From: a virus
Length of the DNA stretch: 36,779 bases
Direction: 5' to 3' (one strand)
IMG/VR virus record: IMGVR_UViG_3300000116_000001
Location: 1 to 36,779 of that record
Part shown: positions 18,107 through 25,300 of the stretch, piece by piece
How the letters are laid out: every line of letters begins with the position of its first letter
Numbering within the stretch: the stretch's first letter is position 1
Translations under genes and position numbers: made by a program
Notes under the pieces: model-generated
What the model saw: only the letters and a program-made list of their open reading frames with translations
Told to the model about the DNA's origin: nothing
The model's database searches: none

Positions 18107-19693
18107 CTATTGAGGAGGTATCTCCTCTTCTGTTGGTTGTTGTTGTTGTTGTTGTTGCATCATCTGTTGCATTTGTTGCGCAGCTTGTTGCATTTCTTCC
18201 GATGAACGTATAAGTTCTTCTGGAATTCCTAGTTTTTTAGCTACATATTTAGCTACTTCATCTTGTTTTATTAAGATATTCATAAGTTCTGGACCTACTC
18301 TACCCTGTATCATTGCTAAAAATCTATCTATATTAGCTACATCTGCTTGATTTTGTGCTTGTGCTAATGGAGACGAGGATCTAACTTTAACTTCTCTACC
18401 ATTTATTATTGGTATTGTTATTCTTCCTTGTTTTTTAAGGATATAAACTACTCTTTGCAACACTGGTGTAACCATTTCTGATTGCAATCTACCAAATGCT
18501 GCACCTATTTGACGTGACAAGTCAGCCTGTCTTTCGGCTACTTCAGTAGCAGACATAGGTGTTTTCTCATTAGGATTGCCCAACATATCATTATATAAGG
18601 CTTTCTTAATATTCGTTCTCATATCTCTCAAAACTAAATCTGATACTTGGAAACTTCCAACTGGGGCTACAGGAGTTAATCCTTGAGATCCTGGGGCTTT
18701 AGGAATTATAGTTCCTGGAATTAATTGAATGTTGTCTACATTAATAACTCCGTCATCTTCTACCTGATACATACCTGATATAGACATCTGTGCATTTTCT
18801 AATATTAACTCGACAGTAAGATTTGCTACCTTAATTGCTGGTAAAGCTAACTGTAATGGTCCACGACCATACACTTCTCCAGCACATTTACTCCATCTAT
18901 ACACCACATATGGGTTAGAACCAGAGCCTTTAAAGGTTTCTGTGTAGAGTTTATGCTCATACATCTTTGCAATAGCACAAAAGTGGTACTCTTCTTCCTT
19001 AGTATTAAAGTAATTTCTGTATACAACCTCTATTATTTCACATTCTTTGTCTGGATTTTTCTCCATATCCATCATTATTTTGTCTGAAAACTCTGCGCTT
19101 GGATAAGCAATAGCTAGTTCGTGCAGTTTAATCATACGTTTTCTAAAGATATGGTCTACCTTATCATCATGTCCAGATGTCATTGATACATGTGGTAATG
19201 GTATTGCTTTGAATTTAACTGGATTAGTTGCATCTCCCTCTTCTACCAAAAGAACACCTGTTCCTAAAGCAACATCTAAGAATGATTCGTGTATTTCTTG
19301 TGAGAAGTTTGAGTTTTGTAATATCTCAAACACATAGTCAGTTACCTCGTCTAACATAAGATTAACTTCTTTCTCTTGCTCTTTAGGTACTTCACTTCCA
19401 GCTACAAAATCAGCCCATCTAGCATAGTTTGGTACTATACCAGCCTGTAATCTTGAGGCAAACTCTTGAACTCCTACTACAGCAGTCTCATCAAAGATGC
19501 GGTCTGTACGTTGACGACCAGAAGTTTCAGTAAAAAAGCTTTCTCTTTGTGGTAAAGCGTATTCATAACACTGTTCAAAAGTATCCGACCATTGTTGTTT
19601 TAATCGTTTAGCATGCTCGTATCTAGCTAGTAATTGCTTAACTGGATCATCATTATAGTTAAGACCAGATTCTGTTTTTACTTCAATAACCAT
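18107..19693 (-). CDS. Portal (head-tail connector) protein
   Basis: 528 aa (T7 gp8 is of similar size). It lies downstream of TerL and upstream of scaffold and capsid. The C-terminal tail is Q/E-rich (QQAAQQMQQMMQQQQQQQPTEEEIPPQ). Confidence 0.85.
   Translation of the reverse strand: MVIEVKTESGLNYNDDPVKQLLARYEHAKRLKQQWSDTFEQCYEYALPQRESFFTETSGRQRTDRIFDETAVVGVQEFASRLQAGIVPNYARWADFVAGSEVPKEQEKEVNLMLDEVTDYVFEILQNSNFSQEIHESFLDVALGTGVLLVEEGDATNPVKFKAIPLPHVSMTSGHDDKVDHIFRKRMIKLHELAIAYPSAEFSDKIMMDMEKNPDKECEIIEVVYRNYFNTKEEEYHFCAIAKMYEHKLYTETFKGSGSNPYVVYRWSKCAGEVYGRGPLQLALPAIKVANLTVELILENAQMSISGMYQVEDDGVINVDNIQLIPGTIIPKAPGSQGLTPVAPVGSFQVSDLVLRDMRTNIKKALYNDMLGNPNEKTPMSATEVAERQADLSRQIGAAFGRLQSEMVTPVLQRVVYILKKQGRITIPIINGREVKVRSSSPLAQAQNQADVANIDRFLAMIQGRVGPELMNILIKQDEVAKYVAKKLGIPEELIRSSEEMQQAAQQMQQMMQQQQQQQPTEEEIPPQ
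18137..18157 (-). repeat. (CAA)7 microsatellite encoding Q7 in the portal C-terminal tail
   Basis: The plus strand reads (ttg)7 at 18137-18157, in frame with the portal ORF. Confidence 0.9.
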
Positions 19694-19956
19694 TATGCAC
19701 CTAGAGTTGTTCTGCTTAACATATCAGAAGATTGTTCAAATCCTTTGCCACCTTTAGAACCTGTTAGTAAATTTCTTCCTCCAAACTTAGCACTGTATTT
19801 TGCTACCCTACGTTCAAATAAATTTTCTTTTAATTGAGTTGCTTCGTTGTTAGCAATAGTTCTTTCACGCTTACGTGCAGCAGCCGCTCTTTCTTCAATA
19901 GCTGGATCTGGTGGTGGTGGTGGTGGTGGAGCTGATGGTCCTGAACCTCCGCACAT
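19693..19956 (-). CDS. Small protein with a poly-proline tract, between TerL and portal
   Basis: 87 aa, MCGGSGPSAPPPPPPPDPAIEERAAAARKRER.... It is tightly packed between neighbours (1-nt overlap with the portal start, 1-nt gap after the TerL stop). Confidence 0.6.
   Translation of the reverse strand: MCGGSGPSAPPPPPPPDPAIEERAAAARKRERTIANNEATQLKENLFERRVAKYSAKFGGRNLLTGSKGGKGFEQSSDMLSRTTLGA
19909..19929 (-). repeat. (CCA)7 microsatellite encoding P7
   Basis: The plus strand reads (tgg)7 at 19909-19929. This corresponds to codons 10-16 of the 87-aa ORF. Confidence 0.9.
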
Positions 19957-19957
19957 T

Positions 19958-21463
19958 TTACTTCCTCCTCTGGTAAACGCTCTTTGGCTTTAATTCAAAG
20001 ACGTTATAATTTCTTTTAGCTACCCTAGGTGTACTAGTTTTGCCCCCAATTGTCAATGCTCTTCCCTCTCCAGCGCCTAATAACATGTACTGTAATGCGT
20101 CATGAATATGAGAAAATCTATTTTTACTTGGTTTATCTTCGTATCTTTCACCAGATACTTGCATTCTTCTATAATGATAACCACCATCAAACCCTTTAAT
20201 GATATTAATACATTTTGGATCTATTAAAATTCCTGAATCTCCGTCTATCATTCTAGCTAATGTAGCATTTACACTCTCTAACCTCAACATAACATCGTTG
20301 CTAGGTGCTGGTCTTGCGGATATTCCACGACCTCTAAGTATCTGAAATGGAGTTGATTCATCAGTCTGCGCCCTATGGTCGCCAGCTGGATCGCCATATA
20401 CAGTAAATGTTCTAGGTAAATACTCTGCCATTTTCTGTTTCATAAGGTCTGAAAACCTTAATATACCCATATCTTCTGCCACTAATTCATCAACAATAAG
20501 CCATCTACCTCTAACTCTTTGCCCAAATACACAAGCTGGAGTTAACCCAAAGTCAATTCCCATGTATATAGGGCTGTCTTTCATTAAAGCTACGTCTGAT
20601 TTAGCTACATGAACATCTCTTCTAAACATTTCATACACGGGTTTGCCGTCTTCAATCTGTCCTAGTTTGTTTAATATATAGACATCTATCCACGATTTAG
20701 TCTTACCCCTAATAATATTAGAGTAATAGTTAGGAGTTAAGTTTTTTCCATTTTCTTTTTTATCGCTTTCATCGTATCTATCAAACTCATTATTTTTATT
20801 ATACATTTCTGTCATGGCTGGAGGTTGATTCCAGAATCTCCAGTTGTCTGGTTTGACTAACATTTTAGCTTCTTGCTTGGTAATGTATTCAGGTATAACA
20901 GCTTCGCCAGATAAAATTGACCACCAATGATCTGTATCTGGAGGGTTAGTATCAGCAATAACACCATACCAGCTAGGTCCACCATCTCTCATAGACGGAT
21001 ATCTACCTACCCTCATGGTACAAGCATCGACAATTGACTTAGGTATTTCACGTGCTTCGTTAATCCATACCCCTGTTAACTCTAATGATAGCAATTTCTT
21101 TACATCTTCTGGTCTATCTAGGGCTAAAAAAATAACTTCAAGCTCAACATCCCCTTTAACAATCTTGTGTGTATAAGGAACAGACCAAGTAAATTTACCC
21201 CAATCTTCTTCTGGAAACCAATCTAACCATGTCTTAATAGTAGTAGTCTTAAGTTGTGGGTTGGTGTTACGAATGACTGCCCATCTAGATTTACGCTTAC
21301 CATCTGATGCTGGCTCTTGTTGCAAGGCTCTACGGATAATCTCAATACAACAGCTAACTGACTTGCCACTACCTACTGGTCCCCTCAATCCTCTAAAGAA
21401 TGATTCATCTTTCATGAATTGCTTTATAGTATTGCCGTCTGGCTTATAGGTTAACGATGTCAT
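19958..21463 (-). CDS. terL: Terminase large subunit
   Basis: 501 aa with Walker A LRGPVGSGKSVSC and a Walker-B-like LTGVWINEARE. The C-terminal nuclease-type acidic motifs are MGIDFGLTP and HIHDALQYMLLG. It lies just upstream of the portal. Confidence 0.9.
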   Translation of the reverse strand: MTSLTYKPDGNTIKQFMKDESFFRGLRGPVGSGKSVSCCIEIIRRALQQEPASDGKRKSRWAVIRNTNPQLKTTTIKTWLDWFPEEDWGKFTWSVPYTHKIVKGDVELEVIFLALDRPEDVKKLLSLELTGVWINEAREIPKSIVDACTMRVGRYPSMRDGGPSWYGVIADTNPPDTDHWWSILSGEAVIPEYITKQEAKMLVKPDNWRFWNQPPAMTEMYNKNNEFDRYDESDKKENGKNLTPNYYSNIIRGKTKSWIDVYILNKLGQIEDGKPVYEMFRRDVHVAKSDVALMKDSPIYMGIDFGLTPACVFGQRVRGRWLIVDELVAEDMGILRFSDLMKQKMAEYLPRTFTVYGDPAGDHRAQTDESTPFQILRGRGISARPAPSNDVMLRLESVNATLARMIDGDSGILIDPKCINIIKGFDGGYHYRRMQVSGERYEDKPSKNRFSHIHDALQYMLLGAGEGRALTIGGKTSTPRVAKRNYNVFELKPKSVYQRRK

Positions 21464-21653
21464 TATCTACCGCCAATTTGTATAATTTTTCTAAGGTGGC
21501 TGGTTGTAAGGTTTCAAGAACTCTCTCAGCCTCACGATCGGTAATAGCTTCTTTAGGCATATCTTTCATATGAGACATCTTAACAGCCATCACAAGTTTC
21601 TTCATACCAGACTTATCAAACTTTCTTAATGCTTCTATAGTGTGAAATGCCAT
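21444..21653 (-). CDS. Hypothetical small protein immediately upstream of terL
   Basis: 69 aa, overlapping terL by 20 nt and preceded by a TAATG junction. It occupies the slot usually taken by a small terminase subunit, but I recognise no motif. Confidence 0.55.
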   Translation of the reverse strand: MAFHTIEALRKFDKSGMKKLVMAVKMSHMKDMPKEAITDREAERVLETLQPATLEKLYKLAVDNDIVNL

Positions 21654-21826
21654 TATTGATTATCTATTAAGGCTTGTGCCATTTTAGTTGCTTCGTCTCT
21701 AGTATACCCTTTAATCATTTTATGTTCTATATAATCAGATATTCTAGTATTACGTCTTTCTCTTATTGCTTTATTTTCGTTTTGGACAATGACCTTTGCC
21801 CTTTTTATATTTTTTTCCACGCTCAT
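21653..21826 (-). CDS. Hypothetical small basic protein (57 aa, below the ORF-track cutoff)
   Basis: My own translation: MSVEKNIKRAKVIVQNENKAIRERRNTRISDYIEHKMIKGYTRDEATKMAQALIDNQ. A GAGG SD lies 6 nt upstream of the ATG at 21826. The stop overlaps the next ATG (TAATG). Confidence 0.55.
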   Translation of the reverse strand: MSVEKNIKRAKVIVQNENKAIRERRNTRISDYIEHKMIKGYTRDEATKMAQALIDNQ

Positions 21827-21838
21827 TCTTTACCTCAC

Positions 21839-22321
21839 TCATAGTTTCTTTGCCTGTCTTCTTATTGACGGTGTAACAATTCCATAAAACTCTCTATCAA
21901 GTTTATTAAATTTTGTTATATTACTGTAATGTTTGGGTTGTGTGGTTTTAAGATTGAGTAATGTTTTGTGATCTATCTTAACTTTATACAAATTACCCTG
22001 TTTGCCAGCAATATTTTTAGCAGCTGTTTTGTCTGTTGTAAACCAATTGCCGTAAGTTTTAGCGCCAGTACCCCTTACTTTGTTATCAATCTTATTAAAT
22101 GCAATATTTTTTTTAGCATCCGTTAGGGTTAGTTGTTTATCTGGAACCCCCCTGTAAAGAGTATGAGGTCTTGTTTTGTAGTTTTTAAGTAAGGTCTTGC
22201 CCGTTGTATAAGCAAACTTACCTATTCTAACTGCTGGTACTACACTCGCTACTGTTAAAGCAGTTTCAATTGGATTGTTCTTGGCGTAGTTAACAGCATT
22301 GTCAAACAAGGATGCAGACAT
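21839..22321 (-). CDS. Hypothetical basic protein with ADP-ribosyltransferase-like R / T-T / E motif spacing
   Basis: 160 aa with LYRG (R57), WFTTD (T95-T96) and LDREFYGIV (E144). The spacings are 38 and 48 aa, with a beta-strand-like NLYKVKID in between. No search was done. Confidence 0.55.
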   Translation of the reverse strand: MSASLFDNAVNYAKNNPIETALTVASVVPAVRIGKFAYTTGKTLLKNYKTRPHTLYRGVPDKQLTLTDAKKNIAFNKIDNKVRGTGAKTYGNWFTTDKTAAKNIAGKQGNLYKVKIDHKTLLNLKTTQPKHYSNITKFNKLDREFYGIVTPSIRRQAKKL

Positions 22322-22870
22322 TTAATATCCCGCATAACCTGTTCTATTCTTCTTGTTAACCTTGATACCTCTGAGCTTGTGTATCTTCCTCATACGAGCG
22401 TTAAACAGCTCCATTTCGCCCATTTTAGTTGTTTTAGTTGTAACCTTACCGCTCAATAGGTTAGAAGTGTTAATACCTGTCTTAGGTGTTTGCTTAACTT
22501 TAGTAGTATAAGGCTTAGTAATAGAAGTATTTAACAATCTTGATGTATTGATATTGTTTTCTGAATAGGCGCTAACCATAGACTGACCTGTCTGTGGCAT
22601 AAAGGCTGCTTTATTCTTTGCTACTTTAGCCGCAGTAACCTTAGCTTTATTAAAACCAGCTACCAATTCAGAGCCTGTAGGTTTTTTAAACCCAGACTTA
22701 TTGTATAAGGATCTAATCTGTCCAGCATGTAGTTTCATTCCCATGCGGTTAAAAGCTTTCTGTGTAGGACTATTGGCTGTTGAAGCTTTTGATTTATACT
22801 CACTTGCTCTAATACTAGATCCAAGTTTCTCTATCCCTTTATCTATGCCCTTTTTCTTATTGCTTATCAT
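22322..22870 (-). CDS. First gene of the late arm: highly basic, low-complexity protein
   Basis: 182 aa, K/T/N/S-rich (…KVTAAKVAKNKAAF…TTKVKQTPKTGINTSNLLSGKVTTKTTK…). An AGAGG SD precedes the ATG at 22870, and the stop abuts the next ATG. Confidence 0.6.
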   Translation of the reverse strand: MISNKKKGIDKGIEKLGSSIRASEYKSKASTANSPTQKAFNRMGMKLHAGQIRSLYNKSGFKKPTGSELVAGFNKAKVTAAKVAKNKAAFMPQTGQSMVSAYSENNINTSRLLNTSITKPYTTKVKQTPKTGINTSNLLSGKVTTKTTKMGEMELFNARMRKIHKLRGIKVNKKNRTGYAGY

Positions 22871-23465
22871 ACTAACCTCTTGTATATAAATTTTTTTTAA
22901 AACGCATGTTTTGTTCTCTCTCTCTTTGTATCACGAATAGAAGATGATGTGAAGACCTTGAAAGGAAATAATGCGTGTCGGGGTCCCCCCCTATCCGTTG
23001 GGCTTCCAGTTTTGAACCCCCCTCCTGTGTCGGTGAGCAAAACAGTAAGAATAATAGTCACATCAGAGATGTGTCATATAATATGCTACGCAAACAAAGG
23101 AAGAACATACTGAGTAGTGTATGTAACAAAGAGTAAAGAAAGAATAGAACCAGCTTGAACTCAATAACTATGTCAAGTTTTTTTGATGGAGTTACATTAG
23201 CTTCTAGTAGTTTAAATACCCCAGTGTGTATGCAAGTGTGTGTGTATGTGACGCACCCCCTCTCTTCGATAACGCTCAACATATCTCAGATTGAAACAAC
23301 TATAAGCTAATTAGACTAACCATAATAAAAACACCGAGACTCTCTTAATTGTTACATTCCCCTATGTCTCTTTGACATAGATTATTGAGTTAAAGCTTTA
23401 TGTTAAACCATGGTTTTTATAAATAAGTTATATCAGCCATATTAACAAACATAGGTAAATATAAA
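22871..23465. promoter_or_regulatory. 595-bp non-coding divergent control region between the late and early arms (promoters; possibly ori, pac or an ncRNA)
   Basis: It is by far the largest gap in an otherwise overlapping gene map. It contains no ORF with an SD. It carries C-tracts (C7 22985-22991, C6 23017-23022, C5 23256-23260), a GT-rich block (23223-23250), small palindromes and a TTGACA hexamer. Confidence 0.6.
23362..23380. promoter_or_regulatory. 19-bp inverted repeat CTATGTC-tcttt-GACATAG overlapping a TTGACA hexamer (candidate operator or -35 element)
   Basis: Perfect 7-bp arms at 23362-23368 and 23374-23380. TTGACA lies at 23372-23377, about 90 nt upstream of the first early ATG. 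I found no convincing -10 at canonical spacing. Confidence 0.3.
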
Positions 23466-24116
23466 ATGAAAGATAATAAAAAAGATAACAAATCAGTTGT
23501 TATACCAGATAATGCAAAAAACAGCATGTTCATAGCTAATGCTATATGGAAAGAGGCACGTGTTAAGTTAGAGGCAGAACCCCAATCTGAGATAGGTTCG
23601 TTCGATAACATAATGACTCTATTCGATGACATGAAACCTGAGGCACATGGCGGTAATGGAATCGGCTGGGTACTAGGAAACGGTAGGTATTTCGAGAATG
23701 CTATCAGAAATCTTAATGAGTGTTGTGCGGATGCTGTTGCTAAAACAGTGTTGCTACTTGACAAAGATATTGATGGTTTAAAAACATATCTAGGTAGACT
23801 AGAAGAAAACAATTCAACAGCCAGTAGTGATATGAATAGAGTTGCTACTACTGTTACTGGTGCAAAAGACTATACCCAAGAAACAAGGAATGCCATCAGT
23901 TATGCGGATGCTAATCGTGAGTTCCTTATAGAGATACTAGCGTCCTTCATTAACGTTGCTAACCTACATGCCAAAGATAAGGTAGTTATGTCAGCATATG
24001 AACGTTCACTTGAATATCAAAGAAATCAAGGCGTTCAAACAGGCGTAGTTCAAGGTAAGGCTATGATATCTGCTAAAGATATTGCTAAATCTAGAGCAAA
24101 GAAACTAAGTAAGTAA
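23466..24116 (+). CDS. First early gene, hypothetical 216-aa protein
   Basis: ATG ORF followed by a strong intrinsic terminator. Predicted helical, with no motif recognised. Confidence 0.7.
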   Translation: MKDNKKDNKSVVIPDNAKNSMFIANAIWKEARVKLEAEPQSEIGSFDNIMTLFDDMKPEAHGGNGIGWVLGNGRYFENAIRNLNECCADAVAKTVLLLDKDIDGLKTYLGRLEENNSTASSDMNRVATTVTGAKDYTQETRNAISYADANREFLIEILASFINVANLHAKDKVVMSAYERSLEYQRNQGVQTGVVQGKAMISAKDIAKSRAKKLSK

Positions 24117-24155
24117 TCAGTAGGATAGTATCTTAGATATGAGTCCTAATTGACA

Positions 24156-24207
24156 GTGAGTAGTGTATCAGATTATGAGTTTGATATGCTACTTACACTT
24201 TTTTTTT
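24156..24207 (+). terminator. Rho-independent terminator of the first early gene
   Basis: The stem is 3 bp + a 2-nt bulge + 11 bp (24156-24169 pairs with 24183-24198, including two G-U pairs). The loop is 13 nt and is followed by T9 (24199-24207). The other side has no T-run, so the terminator is unidirectional. Confidence 0.65.
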
Positions 24208-24249
24208 ATACCACAGAATTCTGTATATGTACTAGCTTTACGCAAGTCT

Positions 24250-24621
24250 TTACTTCAAATCTATATTGATTGAAAAATCACCCGATATAACATGTTGATT
24301 CTTTTCAGCTGGCTTGAACCCAGCACGATCCAACAAATCTTTACTGGCTTCTAGCTTTACATACTCTGATTGTGCTGATGATGATAAGTTTATTACACTA
24401 CCTAATGCTTTATGGGTACTGTAACCTATCTTATTTCTTATCTGCTGTAAGTAATACTCTTGTACATCTGGTCTATGCAACAATCGACTTGCTGTTACAC
24501 GGGCAGAGTTACCTTTATATCCTATCTGTAATGATGCTGACTTGATTGTACATCCAGTGTCTATCAATAGGTCGACAAGCTTCTTGGCTTTATCAGGTAT
24601 AGGTTTAGCTATAGATTTCAT
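24250..24621 (-). CDS. terS: Terminase small subunit-like protein (Terminase_2-type HTH)
   Basis: 123 aa. The pattern KAKKLVDLLIDTGCTIKSASLQIGYKGNSARVTASRLLHRPDVQEYYLQQI ... ASKDLLDRAGFKP matches the TerS pattern I know (x-AGYS-x-A-x-asrLL-x-V-x-yi ... LldRaG). Confidence 0.65.
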   Translation of the reverse strand: MKSIAKPIPDKAKKLVDLLIDTGCTIKSASLQIGYKGNSARVTASRLLHRPDVQEYYLQQIRNKIGYSTHKALGSVINLSSSAQSEYVKLEASKDLLDRAGFKPAEKNQHVISGDFSINIDLK

Positions 24622-24659
24622 AATATAATATATACCACATTAACTATTGGAGAGCAATA

Positions 24660-25025
24660 ATGGGCAGACTAAAAGCAACAATACCAGATGGCTACATACC
24701 TAATAGATATCTTACAAACTTTAAGACATACCATAGAAATAATCCTAATGTCTTTGCTAAGATAGCAGAGTATGCAGACAGGGCAAGACAGACTAGAAAG
24801 AAATATAGCATTGAGATTATTATTAATGTTGTAAGATTCTGGACTGACTTAAATGGAGTAGGAGATCCATTCAAAATCAACAACAATTACAAAGCATATT
24901 ACGCAAGGATGTATATGCAATACAGAAACTGTAAAGGTTTCTTTGAAGAACGCAGTAGTATATCTGATGATTATGATTTCAGTTATGACATAGAAAAATT
25001 TAAAACATATATAGGAGAGAACTAA
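24660..25025 (+). CDS. Hypothetical 121-aa early protein
   Basis: A GGAGAG SD precedes the ATG, which is only 38 nt from the divergent terS start. No motif recognised. Confidence 0.65.
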   Translation: MGRLKATIPDGYIPNRYLTNFKTYHRNNPNVFAKIAEYADRARQTRKKYSIEIIINVVRFWTDLNGVGDPFKINNNYKAYYARMYMQYRNCKGFFEERSSISDDYDFSYDIEKFKTYIGEN

Positions 25026-25300
25026 TGGACACAAGCGACTTAAAATTATTACAAGATATGTTAAATGATATTGAACATCTAATAGAGAAGACCAATCAGA
25101 TGTACATACCAGCTAAGTATCACACTACATCTCTTAGACCAGAGGCAATGTGTGACCTATCGTATCGTACGGGTATGCGTGACCAGATGCACAGTCAACG
25201 ATGCCAGATTAAGTATGCACTTATGGTAGCCGAAGAACGTGTAGCTGAAGAACTTGATGACAATTATAAACAACACTTGGAGGATAAGAAATGTATGTAG
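25025..25300 (+). CDS. Hypothetical 91-aa early protein
   Basis: The ATG overlaps the previous stop (TAATG). Confidence 0.6.
   Translation: MDTSDLKLLQDMLNDIEHLIEKTNQMYIPAKYHTTSLRPEAMCDLSYRTGMRDQMHSQRCQIKYALMVAEERVAEELDDNYKQHLEDKKCM

Noticed and set aside
22975-23040. The C-rich segment (GGGGTCCCCCCC...GAACCCCCC) as a tRNA fragment or attP core, or the G-tracts on the minus strand as a G-quadruplex.
   Set aside because: I could not fold a cloverleaf or find a T-loop (GTTCRANYC with flanking complementary stems) on either strand. No integrase or excisionase exists in the genome. The G/C tracts are separated by 26 to about 200 nt, too far apart for a canonical intramolecular G4.
23385-23433. 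Attempts to call a specific sigma70-type early promoter (TTGAGT, TTAAAC, TATAAA or TTATAT elements) upstream of 23466.
   Set aside because: No -35/-10 pair with 16-19 nt spacing matched well. The host and its promoter consensus are unknown. Only the broad regulatory region is reported.
23058-23812. Minus-strand ORFs 23058..23282 (74 aa) and 23417..23812 (131 aa) in or near the control region.
   Set aside because: Neither has an SD. The first is a Cys/His/Leu-rich translation of the GT/C-tract DNA. The second is antisense to the 216-aa early gene, which has a proper terminator. Both are treated as non-coding.
23111-24168. A 12-nt direct repeat, tgagtagtgtat, at 23111-23122 and 24157-24168, flanking the 216-aa early gene (possible insertion scars).
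   Set aside because: In about 37 kb of AT-biased sequence, tens of 12-mer coincidences are expected by chance. The second copy is part of the terminator stem. There is no further flanking similarity.
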